A stretch of DNA of 64,000 nt from contig CAVUAK010000001.1 of NCBI GenBank assembly GCA_963739455.1, forward strand, positions 1,632,001 to 1,696,000, in the 5' to 3' direction. The number at the start of each line of letters is the position of its first letter. Position 1 is the stretch's first letter. The position numbers and the translations under genes were made by a program. This document shows, piece by piece, positions 30,669-43,184 of the stretch. The DNA is from an uncultured Gemmatimonadales bacterium (GTDB taxonomy: Bacteria; Gemmatimonadota; Gemmatimonadetes; Gemmatimonadales; GWC2-71-9). The notes under the pieces were generated by a model. That model did no database searches. It worked only from the letters and a program-made list of their open reading frames with translations, and had not been told where the DNA came from.

Positions 30669-30694
30669 CCCAGCCGCGCCTGTATCGCAGGCAG

Positions 30695-30726
30695 AAAAAG
30701 GGCGACCAACCTGGTCGCCCTCTTTC
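30695..30726. terminator. Bidirectional intrinsic terminator
   Basis: aaaa-agggcgacca-acc-tggtcgccct-cttt between convergent genes. Confidence 0.85.
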
Positions 30727-30754
30727 GTACACCGACCTAACTGATGTGATCCTA

Positions 30755-33153
30755 TCAGGTTGACGCGCCAGACCCGCTTCCGATTTCGCTCATCGGGCTG
30801 ATTTCATCGGCCGTGTACCCGTATACGTAGGCATAGTGGCGGTACGCGCCCTCGGCACGGATGTCATTCAGCACCGCACCCAGCACTTCCACCGGAAGCC
30901 TGTCGAACAAGCGCAGCTTGGCCAGCGCGAACTCGCGGTCCGTCTCGCCGGCACGGAGCACCAGCATCACGTTCTTCGTGAGCGTCGAGAGCACGAATGG
31001 ATCGACGCCGGCACCCAGCGGCGGGCTGTCGACGATCACGCAGTCGAATCGGCGCTGCAGCGTTGCCATCAGCTTCACCATCGCCTCGCTGCCCAGCATT
31101 TCTGGCCCGCGCTCGAAGCGCGTCCCGCATGGGATCATCGTCAGGTTCGGGTGCCCACCCGAGCGGAGCACCTGCTCGATGCTGGCAGTGCCGCTCAGGC
31201 AGTCGAGCAGTCCCGGCTTCCGGTCCACCCCGAAGCTGCGGTGCAACTCGCCCCGCCGGATGTCGCCGTCCACCAGCACCACCTTGTAGCCTGACTCTGC
31301 AAAGCTCAGCGCCAGGTTCGCCGACACCAGCGACTTCCCGTCGCCCGGTCCAGGGCTCGAGATGGTGATCGTCACCGGGCCCTTCGCCGACCCGAGCGTG
31401 TGTGTGACGTTCATCCGGATGGTGCGGAATGCCTCGACCACGTTTGCAGCTTCCTCCGGGCTCTGCGCCAGCTTGCCCCGGCGGCGGATCTGCGGCACCG
31501 CGCCCAGGATCGACAGGCCCAGTTCCTTCTCCACCTGGTCCGGATAGCGGAAACGGCGGTCGAACCGGTCGAGCAGGATGGCGAGACCGAGCGCGAACGC
31601 CAGGCTGCCCAGTGCTCCCAGCGCGATCAGCCGGAGGCGGTCGTTCGCATCGGGACGGGACGGCGGCACCGCAGGATCGAGTACCCGCACATCCGGCAGG
31701 GCACTCGCCTCGGCCAGCTTCGCCTCTTCGTATCGCTGGGAAAGGTTCCGGTACAGCCCTTCCGCGCCCAGCATTTCGCGGGTCAGGCGCTGTTCATTGA
31801 TCGAGCGCTGTGGAATCGACTGCAGGTCGCGCGACGACGTGGCAATCCGCGTGTCGATGGACCGCTCGGTCTGCTCCATCTGCCGCGTCAACTGGCTTAC
31901 CAGCCCGGGGATCAGGTTGCTGCGAAGCCCGTTGATCTTCTCCTCCAGCTCCTTCACCGGCTTGTACTCGTCCGTGAAACGCTGGCGCATCACCCGCAGG
32001 CTCGCCTCGGCGTTGGATAGGGTATCGAGCGCTCGGCTCAATTCCGGCGCACCCCGCACCGCGGCAATCGTTCGGAAGGCGTCGGTCGATGCTGCGCCCG
32101 TAGAGAACTGGTTGAGTGCCGACGTCAGCGCCTCGCGGTCGCGCGCAATCGAGTCGACCTTGATCTTCTCGTCGAAGTACTGCTTGATCACCGTCGGCTG
32201 GGTCATGGTCAGGCCGGCGGCCACAGGTACGTCGGACGGCAGTGTGATCGTCTGGACCCGGAAGCCCTCGAGCGCCGTCTCGGCGTCGCGCAACTGCGTC
32301 GCACTGTATTGCAGCTGCTCCTTCAGGACGGCGGCAGTCTCACGGAGCTTCGCCCGCTTCAGGTCGGCAGCCAGTTCCACGAACTGCGACGGTCAGCCCG
32401 TTCACCACGTCGGCTGCGCGCTGCGGATCCTCGCCCGACAGCGATACCCGCATGAAGTTGCCGTTGTCGGCCATCACCACGCGCAGCTTCTTGAGCAGGA
32501 GAGCCGAGGCATCGCGGTGCGACGCCACCGTGAACTCCGCCTTCTGTCCCGGCGCGAGTGCGCTCGGTGTCGGCACCCATTCAAAGCCGACTTCGCGGCC
32601 CGAGCGAGTCGTTGACCGCGGCCCGCGCTACCTCGCTGCCATCATCCAGCAGCAGGCGGAAAGAACCGGACGACGCGTCGCGCTCCACCGTGTACCGGCC
32701 CGGCCGGAACCGGGACGCCAGGCCAAATCCCTTGAGTAACAGCGTATCGCGCGACCGTGCCGGCGTGACGAACAGCGCCTGTCGCTGAACCACCGAGTCG
32801 AGCACCGCGTTGGTCTTGAGGAGTTCCACCCACTGGACTGAGGCGAGCAGCTCTTCGGCCCGAATCGGCCCATTCTTGTCGGTTGGAGTCTCGATGTAGA
32901 TCGTTGAGGTGACGGTGTACTCCGGCTTCACGAAGCGGGAGCCCAGCACACTAAGCGCTGTCCCCACCACCGCCACCATGATCACCAGCCAGCGGTATCG
33001 CTTGATGGCCGCAATGAACCGCTCCCACGGGATGCCAGCCTCCGGCTCCTCGAGCGGCGGAAGCTGTCCCTGCCATGGAACCCCGGCGGCGCCGGGGGCG
33101 GTGAGGGATGCTCCGAGTACCGGCGTGATGGGACCGGTCAATTCGCTGGCCAT
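30755..33153 (-). CDS. wzc: Wzc-type polysaccharide co-polymerase/tyrosine autokinase, frameshifts near 32390 and 32585
   Basis: N-terminal Wzz-like TM segment, coiled coils, EAFRTIR, Walker A GPGDGKS, DGDIRR, DSPP and a Tyr-rich tail YRHYAYVYGY. Confidence 0.92.
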
Positions 33154-33218
33154 GCAGTCTCCTTGGGAATTCCACCCCGGGGCGGGCGGTCTATCGTGCA
33201 GCGTTCGCGGCGGAAAAT

Positions 33219-33234
33219 CGCAAGACCAGTACCC
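33219..33234 (-). promoter_or_regulatory. Candidate sigma-54 promoter for wzc
   Basis: Minus strand GGGTACTGGTCTTGCG (GG 33233-32, GC 33221-20). Confidence 0.55.
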
Positions 33235-33335
33235 GCCCGAACCCCTTCACCCCCGGTCACGCCAAATCACCCAATTCGTTACCCCGGTGGCGGTTAGGTG
33301 CTTCTCTCCAGTCTCCGGGTGTGGCGCCTTCGCAT

Positions 33336-33351
33336 CGGCATGTTGCTTGCC
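33336..33351 (+). promoter_or_regulatory. Candidate sigma-54 promoter for the activator operon
   Basis: CGGCATGTTGCTTGCC (GG 33337-38, GC 33349-50). Confidence 0.6.
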
Positions 33352-33438
33352 TGTGGCATGGTACAGGGATATCGCGTAAACCTGCTTGACGCACGCAACA
33401 GGGGCGGCTAGTGTGACCAGACACCCGGACCGCAAACT

Positions 33439-34976
<1,538 letters not shown>

Positions 34977-34980
<4 letters not shown>

Positions 34981-36137
34981 GCTCCGGCTCCGTCACGACG
35001 GCGGCACCCCTGCAGGGTGCTGCCGCAGGCGCTGTGTCATCCGTACCCGTCTGGGACCCGTCCGGGCCCGAGGCGACCCTGGTCGCTCCCGCCCTGCTCG
35101 AGGCATTGCGCCAGGCGGTGCTGGAAACTGACGCCGAGTCCCGGCGCCTCCTGCATCACGCCGGTACCGCGGAGGAAATGGCGCAGCTCCTTCGCGACAT
35201 CGGTAACGCCGTACGGTCCAGCCTCACCACCGATGCTGGTGAGTGCCCCGCACTTCCGCGCACCATCCTCGCGCGCGCGCAGCTCGGCCTGCTGCGTCAT
35301 CGCCTCGCTGCAATTCTCGAGGGCTGGCCCTCGCCCCTTGATGCGCAGCAGGTTGTTCGGGTCTTTGCCGCATTTGAGCGCGTCAGCAACGCCCTCGAGC
35401 TCGACTGGTCCCAGCAGTTCTCCGACCGGCTCTCCGGTCACGATGGGCTCGAGCTCGTGGTCGAGGTGGCGCACGACCTCCGCTCGCCCCTGACATCGAT
35501 TCTCTTCCTTGCCGAGACGCTGCAGCGCGGCCGGAGCGGTCCCCTCACGCCGGTGCAGGAGCGCCAGCTGGGGCTCATCTACAGCGCGGCATTCGGGCTC
35601 AGCACGGTGGCGAGTGACGTGATCGAGCTCGCGCGCGGTGGCGATCGCCTGGTCGACCTCGAGGCGGTTCCCTTCTCCATCAACGACATCTTCGAGTCGG
35701 TGCGAGATATCGTGCTTCCCATCGCGGAGGAGAAGGGGCTCGCTGTCAACTTGAGCCCACCCGATGCGGACTTCCACATTGGGCACCCGGTGGCCCTGAG
35801 TCGCGTACTCCTCAACCTCACGACCAACGCCCTCAAGTTCACCAACGAGGGGCATGTCGAGGTACGCGGCACCAACCTCGAGGGCAGCCGCATCGAGTTC
35901 TCCGTGCGCGATACCGGGCGGGGCATTCCGCCCCAGGCCATGGCCTCATTGTACGAGCCGTTCCGCCGGCGACAGCGCCAGGCTGAATACGCCTTTTCCG
36001 GCTCCGGACTCGGCCTCTCCATCTGCAGGAAGCTGGTCGAGGCGATGCACTCCACCATGCAGGTGGAGACAGAGTCAGGGCAGGGCACTCGCTTCTACTT
36101 TGCGCTCGACCTCCCCCGGGCAAGCCACGGCGGGTAG
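34977..36137 (+). CDS. Cytoplasmic sensor histidine kinase
   Basis: AHDLRSPL H-box, NLTTNALKFT, DTGRGI and GSGLGLSI motifs; no TM segment seen. Confidence 0.92.
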
Positions 36138-36158
36138 TCCCTCGCCGCTTCCACACTG

Positions 36159-37238
36159 ATGCCACGCCTCCTGCACGTCGTGGGCGCACGGCCCAACTTC
36201 ATGAAGATGGCGCCGATCATTCGCGCGCCGTCTCCGCAACCGGTCGAGCACATCATCGTGCACACCGGTCAGCACTATGACGCCGCGATGAGCGACGCCT
36301 TCTTCCGCGACCTGGCACTTCCCGCTCCCGACGTGAACCTCGGCGTCGGCTCCGGCTCTCACGCCGCGCAGACCGGGAAGATGCTCGCCGATCTGGAGCC
36401 GGTGTTCGATCGCTACACCCCTGATTGGATCGTGGTCTATGGTGATGTGAACTCGACGCTCGCCGCCGCCCTGGTGGGACAGAAGAAGGGCATGAAGGTG
36501 GCACACGTCGAGGCCGGGGTGCGGAGCTTCGATCGCACCATGCCCGAAGAGGTGAACCGCGTCCTGACTGACCAGCTGGCCGAAGTGTGCCTCACGCCCG
36601 GCGCCGCAGCTGACGGGAACCTGCGTCGCGAGGGCATCCCCGACGAGCGGATACGCACCGTCGGGAACGTCATGGTCGACACACTGCTGGCACTTCGCCC
36701 GAGTGCCGCGAAGCTCGGCATTCCGGCCCAGATGGGCGTGGCTTCCGGCGACTATGCCGTGGCCACTTTCCATCGCGCCGGCAACGTGGACGATTCCGTC
36801 ACCCTGGCAGCGCTGCTTGCCGGGCTGGCCCATGTCGCCCGCGACATGCCGGTTCTGTTCCTGGTGCACCCTCGCACTCGCCAGCGCATCAAGGACTTTG
36901 GTCTCGAGGAAAAGGCACACGGTGTGCGCCTCCTCGATCCAGTCGGCTATCTCGAGACGGTGGGCCTCGTCGAGCGCGCGGCCCTGGTGGTCACCGACTC
37001 CGGAGGCCTCCAGGTCGAGACGACCATACTCGGCGTGCCCTGCCTCACCGCCCGTCCCAACACCGAGTGGACCGAGACCATCGAGAGCGGCACCAACCGC
37101 CTGGTGGCCCCCACGCTGGACGCGATCACCGCCGCCTTCGCCGAGGTCCGGGCACAGAAGCGCGCCCAGGCTGCTCCACCACGCCCTCCCCTCTGGGACG
37201 GCCACACCGCCGAACGGATCGTGGCACTGCTGACCTGA
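36159..37238 (+). CDS. wecB: UDP-N-acetylglucosamine 2-epimerase (non-hydrolysing)
   Basis: GARPNFMK, HTGQHYD, HVEAG, MPEEVNR and TDSGG motifs. Confidence 0.95.
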   Translation: MPRLLHVVGARPNFMKMAPIIRAPSPQPVEHIIVHTGQHYDAAMSDAFFRDLALPAPDVNLGVGSGSHAAQTGKMLADLEPVFDRYTPDWIVVYGDVNSTLAAALVGQKKGMKVAHVEAGVRSFDRTMPEEVNRVLTDQLAEVCLTPGAAADGNLRREGIPDERIRTVGNVMVDTLLALRPSAAKLGIPAQMGVASGDYAVATFHRAGNVDDSVTLAALLAGLAHVARDMPVLFLVHPRTRQRIKDFGLEEKAHGVRLLDPVGYLETVGLVERAALVVTDSGGLQVETTILGVPCLTARPNTEWTETIESGTNRLVAPTLDAITAAFAEVRAQKRAQAAPPRPPLWDGHTAERIVALLT

Positions 37239-37506
37239 GCCGGCGGAGGCGCCCGACACCTGTTCCAAGTATGGGGTTCCCGCTACATTTGCCCCCGATC
37301 CCGATCGACGCCCAGCGCCGTCGGGATCGCCTGCCCGCACCGGACTCCGGTCACCGCGTGAGCGGCGAATGCGCGCGTCGCCTGGCCAATGGGGCCTCAG
37401 GGCGGCGTCGGCATCCCCCGCCGCGGCGACTGAGGGACGGCAGGGTGGCCGCTCGATCCAATGGGGATCCAGCGGATGACGCGACCCACAGAGGATTCAC
37501 CCTCGT

Positions 37507-39136
37507 ATGCCTTCGCACTTGCGGCCGGCCGCCACGCGCGCCGAACCGCCCGTCCACGCGCCCAACGCTGCACTGCTCATCGATTTCGACAACGTCACGT
37601 TGGGCGTTCGCTCCGAGTTCACCAAGGAACTCCGCACCCTCCTCAATAGCGACATCATCAAGGGCAAGGTCGCCGTCCAGCGCGCCTATGCCGACTGGCG
37701 CCGCTATCCGCAGTACATCATGGGGCTCTCCGAATCGTCGATCGACCTGATCTTCGCACCAGCTTTCGGCTCGGTGAAGAAGAACGCGACCGACATTCGC
37801 CTTGCCATCGATGCCATCGAGCTCGTCTTCACCCGCCCCGAGATCGGCACCTTCATTCTCCTCTCGGGTGACAGCGACTTCTCGATGCTGGTTACCAAGC
37901 TCAAGGAATACGGCAAGTACGTCATCGGCGTCGGCATCCGCGAGTCGGCGAGTGACATGCTCATCCAGAACTGCGATGAGTACTTCTCCTACAGCGATCT
38001 CGCCGGGCTCACCAAGGAGCCTGACACGCCCGTCGGCGCAGCGCGATCCCTGGGAGCTGGTGAAGGAAGCCGCCGCGCAGATGGTCCGGAACGGCGACGT
38101 CATGCGCTCCGATCGCCTCAAGCAGGTGATGCAGCAGATCGACTCGAACTTCGACGAGCGCAACGCCGGCTTCAACCGGTTCAGCAAGTTCGTCACCGAG
38201 GCGGGCGGCAAGGGCCTGATCAAGGTCACCAAGCTCGACAACGGACAGTATGAAATAGCGCCGACCGCGAGCGCGCCTGCGCGCGAAGTCCCGAGTTCGA
38301 AGAACGAGGGACCTCGTGATGCACGCGCGGAGTCGGCGGCGGCCAAGACCGACGAATCTCGTGAGCGCAGCCGTTCCCGTGGTCGCCGCGGTCGCGGCGG
38401 CCGTGGTCGTGAGCGCTCAGAGGAGGGCAGTACCCCGACGTCAGAAACACCGGCGCCGCGTCACGAGACACGTCACGAAGGTGCGGGCGGCCTGTCACTC
38501 GCCGCCGCATTCAACCTCATGCGTGAGGCCCTTGCCCAGCTCGGGTCATCCGTCGGCCATGAGGCGCTACGTCTTCGCATGGCAGCGGTTCATGGCAAGG
38601 ACGACGCGATGCTGACCACCGAGAAGTTTGCGCGCCTGCTGCGCCAGGCCAACGACGCAGAAGTCGCGGACGTGCGGAAGATCGGCGAGGATGATTTCGA
38701 GGTCTCGCTGCACCCGACCGAGGACCCGCGTGCCCGGGCAGGCGCTGGGTATAGCAGGCGCCAGCAGGCGCCCGCGGCCCCGACGCAGGCGAACGGAACG
38801 GAGCCCGAACCGGCAGTGAGCGCCGGTGTTGAGGCTCCACCCGCTCCGCGCTACGGCGTGCGCTCGCGCCCGGGCACGCGCCCGGCAGGCCGACCCTCCG
38901 CGTTGCGGCTGGTAGGCGTGGTCAGTCTCGATGACGACGCTCCCGCCCCGGCCGCAGTCGAGGCGGCGCCGGCCCGAAAGGGCCGCGTCGCGGTTGCGAA
39001 GCCGGCCAAGGCTGACAAGCCGGTGAAGGCGGCGAAGTCCGTGAAGGCCGCCAAGGCACCGGCGAAGGAAGCGTCGTCGGCACCCTCGGCCAAGCCGAAC
39101 CGCCCGCGCGCGAAGGCAGCGAAGAAGGCGGAGTGA
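37507..39136 (+). CDS. NYN (LabA/DUF88 PIN-like) protein with OST-HTH/LOTUS-like domain(s) and a disordered basic tail; frameshift near 38040
   Basis: IDFDN, RAYADW, KNATDI and SGDSDF motifs; LKQVMQQIDSNFDERNAGFNRFSKF LOTUS-like motif. Confidence 0.85.
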
Positions 39137-39157
39137 CGCGCACGTGAGGATGGTGAC

Positions 39158-39754
39158 GTGACCAGCACGCGACGGGCAGCCTTGCTGCCCGTTTCGTTTT
39201 TTGAGCGCCCCACCGAAATCGTGGCGCGCGAGCTGATCGGGCGCGTCCTCGTGTCCGGTACCGGCAGGCAGCGCACGGTCGGCCGGATCGTCGAGACCGA
39301 GGCGTATCTCGGCCACCGCGACCCTGCGTCACACGGTTTCGCCAACCGTCGCCACAGCCGGAACGAGACGTTGTACGCCAACGCCGGCACCTGGTACGTC
39401 TACCTGTCGTACGGCGTGCATTGGTGCGCCAACCTCGTCTGCGAGCGCGAGACCAACGCCGGGGCCGTGCTGTTGCGCGCCCTGGAGCCACTGGAGGGAC
39501 AGGAGATCATGCGGGAGCGAAGGGGTGGGGTGGAGCGGGATCGGCTGCTCGCGTCGGGCCCCGGGCGCCTGACACAGGCCTTCGGCATCGATCGCGAACT
39601 TGACGGCATCCCCATGCGAAAGAGCAGTGTCGCGATCCTGGCCCGTGACCCCGACGACATCAAGGTCCTGGTGAGCCATCGGATCGGCATCACCAAAGCC
39701 GTCGACTGGCCGCTCCGCTTCACGGAACGCGGCAGTTCATGGGTGAGCCGCTGA
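39158..39754 (+). CDS. mpg: 3-methyladenine DNA glycosylase (Mpg/AAG family)
   Basis: GRIVETEAY, YVYLSYGVH, AVLLRALEP, GPGRL and RIGI motifs. Confidence 0.93.
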   Translation: MTSTRRAALLPVSFFERPTEIVARELIGRVLVSGTGRQRTVGRIVETEAYLGHRDPASHGFANRRHSRNETLYANAGTWYVYLSYGVHWCANLVCERETNAGAVLLRALEPLEGQEIMRERRGGVERDRLLASGPGRLTQAFGIDRELDGIPMRKSSVAILARDPDDIKVLVSHRIGITKAVDWPLRFTERGSSWVSR

Positions 39755-39792
39755 CGACTCACTGCCGACTGTCGACGGTCGACTGCCGACTG
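39752..39792. repeat. Degenerate 7-mer tandem repeat (CGACTGY-like)
   Basis: tgacgac tcactgc cgactgt cgacggt cgactgc cgactg immediately after the mpg stop. Confidence 0.7.
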
Positions 39793-39796
39793 GAAA

Positions 39797-39833
39797 GCAG
39801 AAGGGGCCCGGCTCTCGCCGCGCCCCTTCTGTT
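39797..39833. terminator. Stem-loop, probable terminator between convergent genes
   Basis: gcagaaggggc...gccccttctgt. Confidence 0.6.
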
Positions 39834-39863
39834 GCGTTGCCCACCCGGGCCTATCCGCTCACT

Positions 39864-39887
39864 TCACGTCCTCACGCCCTCACGTCT
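39864..39887. repeat. 8-mer tandem repeat (TCACGYCY x3)
   Basis: tcacgtcc tcacgccc tcacgtct; same unit as at 24639. Confidence 0.7.
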
Positions 39888-40561
39888 TATCTGTTCTCCA
39901 GGCTGTTGTCCCTCGAGCTGCCCAGCAGGAGTCGCAGGCCGACGCTCGCCGTCTGCGTGCTGCCGACGAACGCGTTGCCGCGCGACGGTGCCGTATTGAT
40001 CTGGTACTGGCCGAAGATCATGAACGGCCCGCCCTTGATCTGGACGCCACCCACCACCGACGCGAAGCCGGTGCTGGTCAGGTCATCGATCGTGTCGTAG
40101 AGGGCCAGCAGCTCGGTCGGCGTGTAGCCGGCCACGTTGAGCGCCTGGGGACTTACCGCGTACATGATGCCGCCGCCGACGCCGATGTACGGCTCGACGA
40201 CACCGCGCCACGGATACGCCATCATGTGGAAGGAGAAGCGCAGCACGTCGTTGAACGCGATCTGCTGCGAGCCGGTCGCGGAAGGGGCGTAGGCAATCGT
40301 CGCCACTTCATTGCTGCCGAGCGCGTCGTCGACCGAGACCAGCAGGCCGGTGCGCTTCGCGATGATCATCGTGTGACCACCGACTGAGGGAATCCACCCC
40401 CGCGTCTGGCCGGTCGTCTGGAAGTTGAACACGCCACCCTGGCCGCCGATGTACCACCGGTAGTTCGAGTAGCCCCGCGGCCTCTGCTGGGCGGCGAGCG
40501 CCGTCGCGCCGACTCCAAGCGCCAGCACTCCCAACGTGATGCTACGCGTGAGCATGCTCAT
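39887..40561 (-). CDS. Exported outer-membrane beta-barrel-like hypothetical protein
   Basis: Signal peptide ending ALAAQ; alternating beta strands, PYIGVGGG, FGQYQ and SVGLRL. Confidence 0.65.
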   Translation of the reverse strand: MSMLTRSITLGVLALGVGATALAAQQRPRGYSNYRWYIGGQGGVFNFQTTGQTRGWIPSVGGHTMIIAKRTGLLVSVDDALGSNEVATIAYAPSATGSQQIAFNDVLRFSFHMMAYPWRGVVEPYIGVGGGIMYAVSPQALNVAGYTPTELLALYDTIDDLTSTGFASVVGGVQIKGGPFMIFGQYQINTAPSRGNAFVGSTQTASVGLRLLLGSSRDNSLENR

Positions 40562-40870
40562 CCGAACGGCCTCCATGGCGGTGGTACGGTACCCGGGGCG
40601 CGATGGCGGTCCCGGTGAACGACTTTGGTCAGTGACTGCGGAGTTCTGCACTGGCAGGCCACTTCGTCGGCCAACCCCAACTCCACACCTGACAAGATAT
40701 TGTTTAGCAACAGGTTCCGTGAAGGGCCAAGCGGCAGGCCCGGGCGACGGACGACCCCGTGTGCACACCCCATCCTGTATAGCAGCAGTCACAGGATCGC
40801 GCACACGGCTGCACCAAAGTGCAAAGACCGGGCCTCGGAGGGAATTGGCCCGGTTTCCGGCGCTCAGGAT

Positions 40871-42067
40871 CTATATAAGTCCAAGTCGGCGGCCAACTTG
40901 GGAGAAGGCAGCAAGGGCTTGATCGAGGTCGGCACGGGTATGGCCAGCCGAGACCTGACAGCGGACTCTTGCCTGACCCTGCGGCACGACGGGATACCCG
41001 AAGCCGGTTACGAAAACCCCTTCCTCGAGCAGCATTTCGCTCATCCGGATGGCATGGGCAGTTTCGCCCAGGATCACCGGCACGATCGGCGTCTCCCCCG
41101 CCAGCGGCTTGAAGCCCAGCGCCGTAAGCTGGTCCCGGAAGTAACGCGCGTTCTCCCGGAGCAGGGTTACCCGCTCCGGATGGGCTGCCAGGAACTGGAC
41201 GCTGGCCAGTGTGCTGGCCGCCACCGTTGGCGGGAGGGCGTTTGAGAACAACTGGGGTCGGGCCCGCTGTGTCAGGAAGTCACACACCGCCTCCGATCCT
41301 GCCACGAACCCGCCGGCGGCCCCGCCCAGTGCCTTCCCAAGCGTCGACGTGATGATGTCGACCTGGCCAACCAGGCCGAAGTGCTCCGCCGTGCCTCGCC
41401 CCGTGGCACCCAGCACTCCGGTCGCATGGCTGTCATCCACCACCAGCACGGCGCCGTGCTTCCGGCACACCTCGATGAGGTCGGGCAGGGGGGCAATCGC
41501 GCCCTCCATGCTGAAGACGCCGTCGGTGATCACCATCTTGATCCGCCGGTCCTTCGCCGCCGCCAGCTTTGCGTCGAGGTCGGCCATGTTCGCATGCAGG
41601 TAGACGCCCGTTTGGCACTTGGCGATCGCCTTCGACAGCCGCACGCCGTCGATGATCGACGCATGATTCAGCTGGTCGCTGAGCACGAGGTCGTCCTCGC
41701 CCAGCAATGTCCCCGGCACCGCCTCGTTGGCACTCCAGCAGCTCACGAAACTCAGCGACGCCGGCGTACCCACCAGCCGTGCCAGCGACTGCTCCAGTTC
41801 CCGGTGGATCGTGAACGTGCCGCAGATGAATCGCACCGACGCGGTACCCGCGCCATAGCGGTCGAGCCCGGCCTTGCCCGCCTGGACGACCTCGGGCTCG
41901 TTGCACAGGCCGAGGTAGTTGTTGGAGGAGAGGATGATGACGTCGCCTCGTCCCTCCATCTTCGCCCGCGGCCCCTGCGGGCCATCAAGGTGGTTGAGGC
42001 GCTTGTAGACGCCATCCTTCTTGAATTCCTCCAGCTGGGACTCGAGCCGTCTATCGAGCAGCGTCAC
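40871..42067 (-). CDS. kbl: Glycine C-acetyltransferase (2-amino-3-ketobutyrate CoA ligase)
   Basis: SNNYLGL, SVRFICGT, LNHASIIDG, DDSHATG and TLGKALGG motifs; adjacent to tdh. Confidence 0.93.
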   Translation of the reverse strand: MTLLDRRLESQLEEFKKDGVYKRLNHLDGPQGPRAKMEGRGDVIILSSNNYLGLCNEPEVVQAGKAGLDRYGAGTASVRFICGTFTIHRELEQSLARLVGTPASLSFVSCWSANEAVPGTLLGEDDLVLSDQLNHASIIDGVRLSKAIAKCQTGVYLHANMADLDAKLAAAKDRRIKMVITDGVFSMEGAIAPLPDLIEVCRKHGAVLVVDDSHATGVLGATGRGTAEHFGLVGQVDIITSTLGKALGGAAGGFVAGSEAVCDFLTQRARPQLFSNALPPTVAASTLASVQFLAAHPERVTLLRENARYFRDQLTALGFKPLAGETPIVPVILGETAHAIRMSEMLLEEGVFVTGFGYPVVPQGQARVRCQVSAGHTRADLDQALAAFSQVGRRLGLI

Positions 42068-42089
42068 GTAGTCTCCTGTTCCCTGTTCC

Positions 42090-42138
42090 CGCAGTTGCAG
42101 TTCCCCCTCACGCTGTTGCTGTTCCTCCTCACGCGGTT
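42090..42138. repeat. 21-bp tandem repeat family, copy 3 (contains the tdh stop codon)
   Basis: cgcagttgcagttccccctca cgctgttgctgttcctcctca cgcggtt. Confidence 0.85.
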
Positions 42139-43184
42139 ACCTCGAGAATCACCTTGCCCGCGCTCCCATCTTTTATCACCTGGATCGCATCCGCAATCCG
42201 TTCCAGCGGGAAGCGGTGCGTAATCACCGGACGCGGGTCGAGCTCACCGGCCCGCAGGAAGCGCTGCATCTCGTCCCACGTGCGGTACATTCGCCGCCCC
42301 GTGACACCGTAGAGCGTGAGTCCCTTGAAGATGAGGTCCCGCGCGAAGTTCACTTCTGTCGTGCGGCTCGGCGTCCCCAGCATGTTGATCCGCCCACCCA
42401 GGCGCGCCGCCGCGAACGCCTGCGCGTGCCCGTTCGGGTGGCCACTCATCTCGCAGACCAGGTCGGCACCATCGCCATGGGTCAGTTCCCGCACCCGCGC
42501 CACCACATCGTCATTGGCCGGGTTGAGTGTTACATGCGCGCCCATCGCCTTGGCCAGCGCCAGTCGCGTGGGGTTGAAGTCGCTCGCGATGACCTGCGCC
42601 GCGCCCGCCGCCCGCGCCACGCCCACCGCGAAGCACCCGATCGGGCCACACCCAAGTACCAGCACGTTGGCCCCAGCCACCACCTGGCCCTCGAGCACCG
42701 TGTGAACCGCGTTGCCCATCGGGTCCATGATGGCCCCGATCTCGGTGGGGATCCCGTCGAGCTTCATCACGTTCGACGCCGGCATCGCGATGTAGTCGGC
42801 GAAGGCGCCGTCACGATCGACGCCGATGATCTGCGTCCGCCGGCAGAGGTGAGCGTCGCCGAGCCGGCACTGCAGGCAGTGGCCGCACACGATGTGACCT
42901 TCCGCCGTCACCAGGTCGCCCACCGCCAGCAGGCCGCTTGCCGCGGCATCGCGCCCGAGCTCGGCGATCTCGCCGGCGAACTCGTGACCGATCACCACCG
43001 GTGGCTTGAGTCGGTTACTGGCCCAGCTGTCCCACTCCCAGATGTGCAGGTCGGTGCCGCAGACCCCGGCATGGTGCACCCGGATCAGCACGTCGTTCGG
43101 CCCGTAGGTGGGGCGCGGTACGGTGCGCACCTCCATGCCAGGCCCCGCCTGCGTTTTCACCAGGGCGCGCATGGTGCCGCTCAT
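42129..43184 (-). CDS. tdh: L-threonine 3-dehydrogenase
   Basis: CGTDLHI, GHEF, AEGHIVCGHC..C, GNAVHT, GCGPIG and GVTGRRMY motifs. Confidence 0.95.
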   Translation of the reverse strand: MSGTMRALVKTQAGPGMEVRTVPRPTYGPNDVLIRVHHAGVCGTDLHIWEWDSWASNRLKPPVVIGHEFAGEIAELGRDAAASGLLAVGDLVTAEGHIVCGHCLQCRLGDAHLCRRTQIIGVDRDGAFADYIAMPASNVMKLDGIPTEIGAIMDPMGNAVHTVLEGQVVAGANVLVLGCGPIGCFAVGVARAAGAAQVIASDFNPTRLALAKAMGAHVTLNPANDDVVARVRELTHGDGADLVCEMSGHPNGHAQAFAAARLGGRINMLGTPSRTTEVNFARDLIFKGLTLYGVTGRRMYRTWDEMQRFLRAGELDPRPVITHRFPLERIADAIQVIKDGSAGKVILEVTA

